Below are positions 10,503 to 19,235 of a DNA stretch of 64,000 nucleotides, one piece after another (within the stretch, counting starts at the first letter, position 1; the number at the start of each line of letters is the position of its first letter). A model generated the notes under the pieces. That model was not told where the DNA came from. It saw only the letters and a list, made by a program, of their open reading frames with translations, and made no database searches. Made by a program: the position numbers and the translations under genes. The stretch comes from an uncultured Acidobacteriaceae bacterium (GTDB taxonomy: Bacteria; Acidobacteriota; Terriglobia; Terriglobales; Acidobacteriaceae): the NCBI GenBank assembly GCA_963818935.1, contig CAWFUK010000022.1, positions 30,012 to 94,011 on the forward strand. The letters run 5' to 3'.

Positions 10503-10910
10503 ATGGCCAACCGCAGCGAAACTTCTCAAGAGCATCCCGCGCAGCCGTCCAACGTCCTGACGACCAAGATCGACCCCACGTCGGCTCGCTTCGAGGCCAA
10601 TATGCGCTTCCTCGCCGATCTCATGTCCCAAGTGCGCAATGAGGGCGAGACCATCTGCGAGGGCGGCGGGCCCAAAGCTATCGAGAACCAGCACGCCAAG
10701 AAACGGCTGACCGCGCGCGAGCGAATTGAATTACTAATCGATCCCGGAACCTTTTTCGAGCTCGGCCTGTACACGGCACACCGCATGTACGAAGAGTGGG
10801 GCGGCGCGCCAGCTGCGGGCGTGATTACGGGTCTGGCGCGTGTGCATACCCGCATGGTGATGATTATCGCGAACGACGCTACGGTGAAGGCGGGCGCCTT
10901 TTTCCCATGA
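10503..10910 (+). CDS. Acyl-CoA carboxylase carboxyltransferase (beta) subunit, N-terminal segment, ending at a frame break
   Basis: GGGPKAIENQHAKKRLTARERIELLIDPGTFFEL ... IIANDATVKAGAFFP then TGA. This is normally contiguous with the next ORF. Confidence 0.8.
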   Translation: MANRSETSQEHPAQPSNVLTTKIDPTSARFEANMRFLADLMSQVRNEGETICEGGGPKAIENQHAKKRLTARERIELLIDPGTFFELGLYTAHRMYEEWGGAPAAGVITGLARVHTRMVMIIANDATVKAGAFFP

Positions 10911-12211
10911 CGTCGAAGAAAGTGATTCGCGCCCAGAATATCGCGATTGACAACCGCATCCCGACGATTTATCTGGTCGATTCCGCGGGCGTATTTTTGC
11001 CGCTGCAAGAAGATGTTTTTCCCGATACCGATGATTTCGGTCGCGTCTTCCGCAACAACGCGGTCATGTCGGCGATGGGCATCCCACAAATCGCCGCCAT
11101 TATGGGCATGTGCGTCGCCGGCGGCGGCTATCTTCCAGTGATGTGCGATCACGTTTTGATGACGGATGGCAGTGGGTTATTCCTGGCCGGGCCGGCGTTG
11201 GTGCAAGCGGCGATTGGACAAAAAGTTTCGGCGGAAGATCTAGGCGGGGTGGCCATGCATGCCGGCATTAGCGGTACGGTGGATTTTCGCGAACCCGACG
11301 ATCCCGCCTGCCTGGCGCGGATTCGATCGATCGTGGAAAAATGGGGCTATCGCCGGCAATCTCCCTGGGACCGTAAGCAGCCCATCGAGCCGACCTTGGC
11401 GGCCGAAGAGATTTATGGCATCTACGATTCTTCGCCCGCGCGCCCGTATGACATGAAAGAGATTCTGGCACGCGTGCTCGATGGCAGCCAGTTCGACGAG
11501 TACAAACCGGAATACGGCAAGACCCTGATCTGCGGTTACGGACGCATTGGCGGCTTTGCCGTAGGAATTGTCGCCAATCAGAAATTGCACGCTCAGCAAA
11601 CCGATCATGAAGGCCATAGGCGCATCGAGTTTGGGGGCGTGATTTATACGGAGTCGGCCGAGAAAGCAGCCCGCTTCATCATGGATTGCAATCAGAATCT
11701 GATTCCGATCATTTTCTTTCATGATGTGGCTGGATTTATGGTGGGCCGCGATGCGGAGTGGAGCGGCATCATCAAAGCTGGCGCAAAGATGGTGAACGCG
11801 GTGTCGAACTCCGTGGTGCCCAAGATCACGGTAATTATTGGAGGCTCTTTCGGGGCAGGACACTATGCGATGTGCGGAAAGGCCTTCGATCCACGATTTG
11901 TTTTTGCGTGGCCAACCGCGCGTTACGCGGTGATGAGCGGTGATTCGGCGGCGGGAACGCTGGTTGAGATCAAAGTGAAGCAACTGGAGCGTGGCGGCAA
12001 AAAGCTGAGTGACGAAGATAAGAAAGAACTCTCCGAATCGACGAAGCGAAGCTATGACGAGCAGACCGATCCGCGCTATGGGGCGGCGAGGTTGTGGATC
12101 GACAAGATCATCGATCCCATCGAAACGCGAGATGCGATCACGCAGGCGCTGGAAGCGGCGGCGCTCAACCCGGACGTCGCTGAGTTCAAAGTGGGAGTGC
12201 TGCAAACGTAA
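10907..12211 (+). CDS. Acyl-CoA carboxylase carboxyltransferase (beta) subunit, main segment (probably methylcrotonyl-CoA carboxylase, judging from context)
   Basis: MTSKKVIRAQNIAIDNRIPTIYLVDSAGVFLP, GIPQIAAIMGMCVAGGGYLP and the second CT domain FHDVAGFMVG. The ATG overlaps the upstream TGA (ATGA). Confidence 0.85.
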   Translation: MTSKKVIRAQNIAIDNRIPTIYLVDSAGVFLPLQEDVFPDTDDFGRVFRNNAVMSAMGIPQIAAIMGMCVAGGGYLPVMCDHVLMTDGSGLFLAGPALVQAAIGQKVSAEDLGGVAMHAGISGTVDFREPDDPACLARIRSIVEKWGYRRQSPWDRKQPIEPTLAAEEIYGIYDSSPARPYDMKEILARVLDGSQFDEYKPEYGKTLICGYGRIGGFAVGIVANQKLHAQQTDHEGHRRIEFGGVIYTESAEKAARFIMDCNQNLIPIIFFHDVAGFMVGRDAEWSGIIKAGAKMVNAVSNSVVPKITVIIGGSFGAGHYAMCGKAFDPRFVFAWPTARYAVMSGDSAAGTLVEIKVKQLERGGKKLSDEDKKELSESTKRSYDEQTDPRYGAARLWIDKIIDPIETRDAITQALEAAALNPDVAEFKVGVLQT

Positions 12212-12319
12212 AAGCTCTTTGACACTGATTTACTGATAAAGATCAAAGCAAAACCGGCTCTGTTTTTATTCCTGGTGTTTTGGTCCGTGAAAATCCGTGA
12301 AATGTAGCAAGTTTTTGTT

Positions 12320-13195
12320 ATGTCGACCGTCAAGCTCATCGAGTGCCCGCGCGATGCCTGGCAAGGGCTGAAGGGGATTATCCCGGCTGATATCAAGCGT
12401 GCCTATCTGCAAGCTTTGATCAGTGCAGGATTCAAGCACATCGACGCCGTGTCGTTCGTCTCACCCAAGGCCGTGCCGCAGATGGCGGATTCTGAAGAAG
12501 TGTTGAAGGAACTCGATCCACCCGATGATGTCGAGATTATTGGCATCGTAGTCAACGAAAAGGGCGCGCATCGGGCGATAGAGACGCAGGCAGTGCACAC
12601 TCTGGGATTTCCGTATTCGATATCGGAAACATTCTTGCGCAAGAACCAGAATCAATCCCCCGAGGGCGCGCTCGAGGAACTGGAAAAAATCCAGAAAAAG
12701 GCTGACGATGCCGCGCTCGACGTCGTGGTGTATATTTCGATGGCGTTCGGCAATCCTTATGGTGATCTGTGGAATGTGGATGAAGTGATTGAGGCCATTT
12801 CGCTGATGGAAGTGGACAACCTGAAGATGATTTCTCTCGCCGATACAGTTGGCATGGCCACTCCAGCGCAGATCAGCGAACTGGTGAGAGCAGTGATGGC
12901 GAAGTATGACTATCTCGAGATTGGCGTGCACCTGCACAGCCGCCCTGAAGATGCGGCGGCAAAGGTTCTCGCTGCATATGACGCGGGTTGCCGACGCTTC
13001 GACTCCGCCATCGGCGGCCTGGGCGGATGCCCCTTCGCACAAGATGCACTGGTGGGAAATATCGCCACAGAAAAAGTGATCGAGGCCTTGCAGCAGCAGG
13101 GCGCGGAGCTGCCGCCGCTTAAGCCCTTAGATACCCTGCTGCGCGCGAGCAACGAAATGGCGGCGAGGTATGCGAATTCGATCGCCGCAGATTAA
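12320..13195 (+). CDS. Hydroxymethylglutaryl-CoA lyase
   Basis: ECPRDAWQG, GVHLHSRPEDAAAKVLAAYDAGCRRFDSAIGGLGGCPFA. Confidence 0.85.
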   Translation: MSTVKLIECPRDAWQGLKGIIPADIKRAYLQALISAGFKHIDAVSFVSPKAVPQMADSEEVLKELDPPDDVEIIGIVVNEKGAHRAIETQAVHTLGFPYSISETFLRKNQNQSPEGALEELEKIQKKADDAALDVVVYISMAFGNPYGDLWNVDEVIEAISLMEVDNLKMISLADTVGMATPAQISELVRAVMAKYDYLEIGVHLHSRPEDAAAKVLAAYDAGCRRFDSAIGGLGGCPFAQDALVGNIATEKVIEALQQQGAELPPLKPLDTLLRASNEMAARYANSIAAD

Positions 13196-13210
13196 GTCAT
13201 CATTATCGAT

Positions 13211-13993
13211 ATGACCTACAAAACCATTCAGCTCACGTATGACTCCAGCGTCGCGACCATCACCCTCAATCGTCCCGACAAGCGCAACGCCGTCAGCTTC
13301 GAGTTGATTGACGATCTGCTGGCCGCGCTGAAAGAAGTGGAGACATCCGACGCGCTCGTGCTCATCGTAACCGGCGCGGGCAAAGCTTTCTGTTCGGGGA
13401 TGGATCTGGAAAACTTAAGAGCTCTGCTCGGCCGCCATCCCCAGCAGAACCTGGAAGATTCCAGGAAGATGGTCCGGTTGTTTCGATCGCTTTATGAATT
13501 TCCCAAAGTGACGATTGCAGCCGTGAATGGGGCGGCCATTGCTGGAGGAACCGGGTTAGCGCTACTCTGCGATTTCACGTTTGCAGTGCCGGAAGCGAAG
13601 TTTGGCTATACCGAAGTTCGCATCGGATTTGTGCCCGCCATCGTTTCGACATTTCTGCTCCGCCAGGTGGGCGAAAAGCAGGCGCGCGACCTTTTGCTCA
13701 CGGGCAGAATCTTTGGTGCAGAAGAGGCCGCGGATATGGGATTAATCAACGAGATTGTCGCTCCGGAAAATCTGATCACTCGGGCGCGGGAGTTGGCGGC
13801 GCTGCTGATGGAAAACAGTCCGAGCTCGTTGCGGGCGACGAAGAAGCTCCTTACCGATCACGCACGGGCGGAGATCGATACCCAGATCGAAGCGGCCATA
13901 CGTGAGAATGCCGCGATCCGGGGCACAGCCGATTTCCGCGAAGGGATTTCGTCGTTTCTGGAAAAGCGCAAACCGGTATGGACGGGAAAATGA
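13211..13993 (+). CDS. Enoyl-CoA hydratase (methylglutaconyl-CoA hydratase-like)
   Basis: GAGKAFCSGMDL and AAVNGAAIAGGTGLALLCDF, 260 aa, adjacent to the HMG-CoA lyase gene. Confidence 0.8.
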   Translation: MTYKTIQLTYDSSVATITLNRPDKRNAVSFELIDDLLAALKEVETSDALVLIVTGAGKAFCSGMDLENLRALLGRHPQQNLEDSRKMVRLFRSLYEFPKVTIAAVNGAAIAGGTGLALLCDFTFAVPEAKFGYTEVRIGFVPAIVSTFLLRQVGEKQARDLLLTGRIFGAEEAADMGLINEIVAPENLITRARELAALLMENSPSSLRATKKLLTDHARAEIDTQIEAAIRENAAIRGTADFREGISSFLEKRKPVWTGK

Positions 13994-14012
13994 AGCGGAG
14001 CGGGAAATAAGG

Positions 14013-14444
14013 ATGACTGCGAATCACTCGCAAGCGATCAATGAAAGCCGGCTGCGGGTGCGCTATGCCGAGACCGATCAAATGGGAGTGGTTTACCATT
14101 CCAACCATTTCATCTGGTTCGAGGTGGGGCGCGTCGAACTTCTGCGGCAGCTGGGTTTTTCCTATCGCGATATGGAGAGCCAGGATAACTGCTTCATTGC
14201 GGTCGCGGAGGCGAATTGCCGCTATCGCGCGCCGGTGCGCTATGACGAGGAGGTAGTAGTGCGCACGCAGTTGCTGAATGTGCGCGAGTCGGTGCTTCAC
14301 TTTGGATATGAACTACGGCGCGTCGCGGATAACTTGCTGCTGGCGGAAGGCGAGACTACGCACATCGTCACCAACAGCGAGATGAAAATCGCCGCGCTGC
14401 CGGAAAAATATTTCACCGCCTTTCGCAAGGCGCTGGGCCGCTGA
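14013..14444 (+). CDS. YbgC/4HBT-family acyl-CoA thioesterase (hotdog fold)
   Basis: RVRYAETDQMGVVYHSNHFIWFEVGR. The start was taken at ATG 14013, just after the upstream stop. Confidence 0.8.
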   Translation: MTANHSQAINESRLRVRYAETDQMGVVYHSNHFIWFEVGRVELLRQLGFSYRDMESQDNCFIAVAEANCRYRAPVRYDEEVVVRTQLLNVRESVLHFGYELRRVADNLLLAEGETTHIVTNSEMKIAALPEKYFTAFRKALGR

Positions 14445-14496
14445 TGTTCGAAGAACAACTGCTCTGGAAACCGGAAGCTGGAAACGGGAAACTCTC

Positions 14497-16074
14497 TTGA
14501 AGGCACTTCATATCAACGGAAACGATCTGACACTGGAAGCGGTGCGCGAAGTCGCCGTGGAACGCCGCGCTGTGCTGTTGTCTGCCGATGCGCGTGCGGG
14601 CGTTGATCGGGCGCGCGCGCTGGTCGACGACATTGTCGCCGGAAACAAATTGGCATACGCGGTCACGACGGGGGTTGGCAAGCTCAGCGACGTACGTATC
14701 GTCGGCGATCAGATTCGTGAACTGCAAGTGAATCTGGTGCGCTCGCACGCGGCGGGGGTTGGCGATCCGCTGGCCGTAGCCGAGATTCGCGCCATGATGC
14801 TGTTGCGGGCAAATTCTCTCGCCAAAGGATTTTCCGGCGTGCGCGCGAGCATTATTGACACACTGTGCGAAATGTTGAACCACGGCGTCACGCCCTATGT
14901 GCCGTCGCAGGGCAGTGTTGGCGCAAGTGGCGATCTCGCTCCGCTGGCGCACCTGGCGCTCGTTTTGATCGGCGAGGGGGAATGCATCGACAACAACGGC
15001 ACCCGCATTCCGAGCCTCGACGCGCTTAAGAAGGCGCAGGTCAGGCCGGTCACGCTGGAAGCGAAGGAAGCGATCTCGCTGATTAATGGCACGCAAGCCA
15101 TGCTGGCCGTGGGCACGCTTGCGCTGCTTGCGGCAGAGACCCTTTCCGATTCCGCTGACGTGATTGGCGGGCTCAGCTGCGATGCCCTGCAAGGCACCGA
15201 TGTCGCGTTCGATGAACGCATACACCAGGCTCGTCCGCACGCGGGACAAATCAAGACGGCGTCGAACTTGCGGAAAATGTTCGAGGGTAGCGAGATTCGC
15301 GAATCGCATCGCGCCTGCGGCCGCGTGCAGGACGCTTACTCGCTCCGCTGCATTCCCCAGGTACACGGCGCGGTGCGCGACACGCTGGCGCACTGCCGCG
15401 AAGTTTTCGAGATCGAAGCCAACTCAGCGGTGGATAATCCGCTGGTCTTCATCGCGAGCCAGCACCATGTGGAGACGGGCGCCTTCGCCCGTCCGGCGAG
15501 CGGAGCGAGCGCAGCCACCACTGGCGATGTCATCTCCGGCGGAAACTTCCATGGCGAGCCATTGGCTTTCGCCTTGGATTTTCTGGCCATCGCCCTGAGC
15601 GCGATTGCGGGAATCAGTGAGCGCCGCATCGAGCGTCTGGTGAATCCCGCACTCAGCGAGGGTTTGCCGCCATTTCTCGCGGAAGGCGCAGGGCTGAATT
15701 CCGGTTTCATGATGGCGCAGGTTACGGCCGCGGCGCTGGTCAGCGAGAACAAAGTGCTGGCGCATCCCGCCTCGGTGGATTCGATTACGACCTCGGGCAA
15801 CAAAGAAGACTTCGTCTCGATGGGGATGACGGCAGCGAACAAGCTGAAACGCGTTGTCGACAACACACGCAACGTGCTGGCCATCGAGGCTATGGCGGTA
15901 GCCCAGGCCATCGACTTCTTATCTCCGCTGAAAGCGTCGAAGCGTGGTCAGGCGGCGCACGCGGCGATTCGTGCCGTGTGCCCAACGGTGGATAAAGACC
16001 GCGTCATGTATAAAGACTTCGCGCGGCTTGCTGAGTTGATTGCCAGCGGCAAGGTGGCCGCAATCATTCGCTAA
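14497..16074 (+). CDS. hutH: Histidine ammonia-lyase
   Basis: MIO-forming GSVGASGDLAPLAHL, 525 aa, TTG start. Confidence 0.92.
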   Translation: MKALHINGNDLTLEAVREVAVERRAVLLSADARAGVDRARALVDDIVAGNKLAYAVTTGVGKLSDVRIVGDQIRELQVNLVRSHAAGVGDPLAVAEIRAMMLLRANSLAKGFSGVRASIIDTLCEMLNHGVTPYVPSQGSVGASGDLAPLAHLALVLIGEGECIDNNGTRIPSLDALKKAQVRPVTLEAKEAISLINGTQAMLAVGTLALLAAETLSDSADVIGGLSCDALQGTDVAFDERIHQARPHAGQIKTASNLRKMFEGSEIRESHRACGRVQDAYSLRCIPQVHGAVRDTLAHCREVFEIEANSAVDNPLVFIASQHHVETGAFARPASGASAATTGDVISGGNFHGEPLAFALDFLAIALSAIAGISERRIERLVNPALSEGLPPFLAEGAGLNSGFMMAQVTAAALVSENKVLAHPASVDSITTSGNKEDFVSMGMTAANKLKRVVDNTRNVLAIEAMAVAQAIDFLSPLKASKRGQAAHAAIRAVCPTVDKDRVMYKDFARLAELIASGKVAAIIR

Positions 16075-16159
16075 AGCTTCACCCAGGGAATGCTGGGTTC
16101 GTCCCGTGAACAACCCCTTCGACTCCGCTCAGGGTAGGACGGCTGTTCCACTCAAAAAC

Positions 16160-16738
16160 CTAACTTGCTTTCGCTGCGCTTCCATCCAGTCCTAACTTCT
16201 CCGCTATCGGCTTCAGCGCTCCAAGGCAGAAGCCGATGTGCTCATCGAGATCCACGCCCAAGGCGGCTGCGCCGTCGATGATGTCGTCGCGGTTGACTTT
16301 GCGCGCGAAGGCCTTATCTTTCATCCTTTTTCGCACCGACTTCACGTCGACTTCGGCCAGCGACTTGCCGGGCTTGATCAGAGCGACGGCTGTGATGAAG
16401 CCGGCAAGTTCGTCGCAGGCGAAGAGAGCTTTTTCCATCGGCGTGTCGCGCGGTACGCCGGTGTACTCGGCGTGAGACATGATGGCGCGTCGAATTTCAT
16501 CCGGCCATCCGCGCTCTTTCAGGATTTCGTTTCCTTTATAAGGATGCTCTTCGAGGCTGGGCCACCGCTCGTAATCGAAGTCATGGGTCAATCCAACAAT
16601 TCCCCAAACATTTTCATCTCCGCCAAACTTCCTTGCGCAGGCGCGCATGCAGGCTTCTACAGCGAGCGCGTGCTTGCGCAAACTTTCCGACTGGGTGAAC
16701 TCAGTTAGTAAACACCACGCTGCTTCGCGATCGATCAT
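16160..16738 (-). CDS. HD/HDIG-domain metal-dependent phosphohydrolase
   Basis: LRKHALAVEACM ... GLTHDFDYE (HD dyad), 192 aa. Confidence 0.75.
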   Translation of the reverse strand: MIDREAAWCLLTEFTQSESLRKHALAVEACMRACARKFGGDENVWGIVGLTHDFDYERWPSLEEHPYKGNEILKERGWPDEIRRAIMSHAEYTGVPRDTPMEKALFACDELAGFITAVALIKPGKSLAEVDVKSVRKRMKDKAFARKVNRDDIIDGAAALGVDLDEHIGFCLGALKPIAEKLGLDGSAAKAS

Positions 16739-16935
16739 GCAGTTTGCCCTGTAGTTGCCGGATTCGGCCGCTTCATTCCCTTTTTGGGTCGCAAGATTGC
16801 GGCTCTATGCATTTTACCCTTGACATCCACAGGCTCGGTAACGCAGATTGTCTTTGCGGTTGGAATCACTCCCCCAGTGCTTGATTCCGCTGCACAGCTG
16901 TAAGGAGTAGCCTGCTCTGGCACTCCCACAACCCG

Positions 16936-17475
16936 ATGGCTACGACTCTTGCCCCGGTAGATTCTAGGGAAGTCGTCCGTTGCGATCACTGCCTGCTGGT
17001 TCAATTCCGTACGGTCAATAACAATTGCCGGCGCTGCCACTCGTCCCTGGATGAAGAACCTGAACCCGAGCCGGTGGTGCTGATGCAGCCGGTGATGATG
17101 CCGATGCCCGGGAGCGGGCGGGGGCATCTTAACCTGGCCACCTCGATCCGCTCGCTGCGCCTGCGCAGCGGCCTGAGCCAGCGCCAACTCGCGGGACGCA
17201 TGTCGGTGCCGCGCACCTACGTCTCCAAAATTGAGAACGAAAAAGCCACGCCCACGCTGTCTTCGCTCAAGCGGCTAGCGCGCGCCCTGGAGGTGACCGT
17301 GCCTGAACTGCTCAGCGGCGGCGAGAAGAACCGGCAGGACGAAATCAGCGAACTGATGAAAGATCAGTTTATCGCCGAGATCCTTCCCTTCGTTTCGCAG
17401 CTGAACGGCATGCAAATGTCCAGCATCCTAACCCAAGTGCGGGATTTGACCATCCGGCCGAGAAGGACGGCCTAA
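16936..17475 (+). CDS. XRE-family HTH transcriptional regulator with N-terminal CxxC...CxxC zinc ribbon
   Basis: CDHC...CRRC followed by LRLRSGLSQRQLAGRMSVPRTYVSKIENEKATPTLSSLKRLARAL. Confidence 0.75.
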   Translation: MATTLAPVDSREVVRCDHCLLVQFRTVNNNCRRCHSSLDEEPEPEPVVLMQPVMMPMPGSGRGHLNLATSIRSLRLRSGLSQRQLAGRMSVPRTYVSKIENEKATPTLSSLKRLARALEVTVPELLSGGEKNRQDEISELMKDQFIAEILPFVSQLNGMQMSSILTQVRDLTIRPRRTA

Positions 17476-17579
17476 GAAAAAGATTGATGTGGGGGACAGC
17501 CGCCTCCGGCTGTTCAGCCGGGCCAGGCCCGACAGCATATTCCCACGAGGCTTTATCCGGGCAACCAGCCAACTAAGCG

Positions 17580-17612
17580 CCGGGACCAGATTCTTGGTCC
17601 CGGTTCCTTGCT
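17580..17612 (+). terminator. Putative intrinsic terminator downstream of the XRE gene
   Basis: 9-bp stem CCGGGACCA/TGGTCCCGG with a 6-nt loop, followed by TTCCTTGCTT. Confidence 0.5.
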
Positions 17613-17962
17613 TGATGAAGGCATGTCATTCGCCGAGCTGACGTTCCGCTATTTCCCACCCGTCGCGAGAGATTTCGAGAACAGCCACGGAAATAGCTTT
17701 GGTTCGTCGTGAGCTTTGTCCCCAGCTGTCGTGGCCGACGCCGGGGTACTCGGATCACCGCAAAACTCTTTCCCAAGAGCGAGGCCAAAAACGAACGCCA
17801 GGGGAAAGCACAAATCTCTCCTGTCAGGGCAGAAAGTATCCGTGCGGTACCATCACGTTCCGCGCAAGCCAGTTGACATCAACGTGTGCCACTGATCACT
17901 GAATTCTTCTTTCCCAGCGCGTAGAAACATTTGGTTATCGTTCGTTCGCGAAAGGTGGAAAT

Positions 17963-18463
17963 ATGCCGGCTCACGCATCGCTCGAAATCATTGAGGATTT
18001 TCTGGCTCAGAAACGCATTGCGATGGTAGGAATTTCACGCGACCCGAAGAACTTTAGTGGGATGTTATTCGCGGAGCTTTGTCGGCGCGGCTATGACGTT
18101 GTTCCGGTGAATCCCAACGCGCCGGAGGTGCAGGGAAAACGCTGCTTTGCGCGTGTGCAAGACATCCAGCCTCCGGTGGAGGCGGCACTACTGATGACTT
18201 CTCCGGAAGTTACCGAGGCTATCGTCAAAGATTGCGCCGCCGCCGGAATCACACGAATCTGGATGTACCGCGCCGGGGGAACGGGGGCGGTGAGCGCGAA
18301 GGCCGTCCAGTTCTGCCAGGAAAACGGCATTGCAGTCGTTCCGGGCGAGTGTCCGTTCATGTTTTTCCCGAAGCCAGGCTTGCATGGCATCCACGGCTTC
18401 GTGCGCAAGATCATGGGCAATTATCCGCGCCGGTCGGCGGTTGAACGGTCGCCCGCTGCGTAG
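17963..18463 (+). CDS. CoA-binding domain protein (YccU-like)
   Basis: IAMVGISRDPKNFSG ... GYDVVPVNP ... PPVEAALLMTSPE ... GITRIW. Confidence 0.75.
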   Translation: MPAHASLEIIEDFLAQKRIAMVGISRDPKNFSGMLFAELCRRGYDVVPVNPNAPEVQGKRCFARVQDIQPPVEAALLMTSPEVTEAIVKDCAAAGITRIWMYRAGGTGAVSAKAVQFCQENGIAVVPGECPFMFFPKPGLHGIHGFVRKIMGNYPRRSAVERSPAA

Positions 18464-18494
18464 GAAGATTCTTTGCAGGTCGCCCCTGTTGTTA

Positions 18495-18530
18495 TTAGAA
18501 AGAGAAAAGCCCCGGTCGCAAGGCCGGGGC
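18495..18530 (-). terminator. Intrinsic terminator of the Cys-rich protein gene
   Basis: On the minus strand, GCCCCGGCC-TTGC-GACCGGGGC (9-bp stem including one G-U pair, tetraloop) followed by TTTTCTCTTTCT. Confidence 0.75.
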
Positions 18531-18546
18531 GGAGTGCGTTCATCGG

Positions 18547-19032
18547 TTACTTGCTGATTTTCTCCGATGTGTCGATCGCCGGATTCTTGCTGTGGCAGCA
18601 ATTCATCGCAGTTGTTTCGGTTTTCTTGTCGCAGCAGCCTTTCTCGCCATTCTTCTCGCACTTCTGGCTTCCGCAGCAGCCAGCATCCGTCTTTCCCTTG
18701 CCCGCATTGCAGGAAGAACCATCTTTACCGTTGCAGCAGGATACCTTGTCCTTCATATCCATTCCAGCATCTTTGTCTTTCGCCATCCTCGCACATGACA
18801 TCGGCTCTTTTCCGTCCTGGCCAGTCATGTCGTGATGCGCGCAACAAGAGTGCACCACTTTTGCTTCCGTAGTACCTTCTGCAGCTTCTGCTTTGTTTTT
18901 ATCGCAGCACGCGCAGGCAGGCTTTTCCGGCGATGCCTTCCCGGCTTGCAGCACGGTGGATGTTTGGTTTGCGGTTTGGCCCCATGACGTCACGGTCAAA
19001 ATCAGCGCGAAAGCGATCAGCTTGTATTTCAT
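18547..19032 (-). CDS. Secreted Cys/Lys-rich protein (16 Cys, six CC doublets), putative metal-binding
   Basis: Signal peptide MKYKLIAFALILTVTSWG. The mature part contains CACC, SCCAHH, SCC, GCC x2 and NCCH. The gene is followed by a good terminator. Confidence 0.6.
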   Translation of the reverse strand: MKYKLIAFALILTVTSWGQTANQTSTVLQAGKASPEKPACACCDKNKAEAAEGTTEAKVVHSCCAHHDMTGQDGKEPMSCARMAKDKDAGMDMKDKVSCCNGKDGSSCNAGKGKTDAGCCGSQKCEKNGEKGCCDKKTETTAMNCCHSKNPAIDTSEKISK

Positions 19033-19235
19033 GATCCAAGTCTCCTAGGAATGCGCGGGCAACAGGGAGAACTTTGAAGTGGTGAACCCCCAGCCCTTAA
19101 TCAGCCTGACAGGACCAAAACCAAGCGTCCGTGATGATAATCACAGGACTATGTGATGTGCTGTCCCGGGGTCTAGTCCCGCCTGCGCTCGGCGGTGGGG
19201 TGAATCCGAGACTGCGTGATCGACATCTATCCAGC

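Noticed and set aside
11240-12205. 321-aa ORF on the minus strand. The same reasoning applies to 10526-11152, 14413-15393, 32294-33331 and 37129-38052.
   Set aside because: All are antisense to genes with clear family motifs, and none has motifs of its own.
16081-16098. Hairpin ACCCAG-ggaatg-CTGGGT after hutH, considered as a terminator.
   Set aside because: The stem is only 6 bp and no U-tract follows on either strand. It is too weak to annotate.
17886-17896. GCCACTG 'B12-box-like' heptamer in the long gap upstream of the CoA-binding gene, given the nearby B12 enzymes.
   Set aside because: The other conserved cobalamin-riboswitch elements are absent (for example the GGTG..AATCC and AGGGAA cores at the right spacing). 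A heptamer alone is expected by chance.
17613-17962. A 350-nt gap with fragments of protein-like minus-strand frames (MFLRAGKEEFSDQWHTL, HVDVNWLARNVMVPHGYFLP, AISVAVLEISRDGWEIAERQLGE), suggesting a decayed gene.
   Set aside because: I could not assign the fragments to any family or show that they belong together, so no pseudogene is called. A translated search would settle it.
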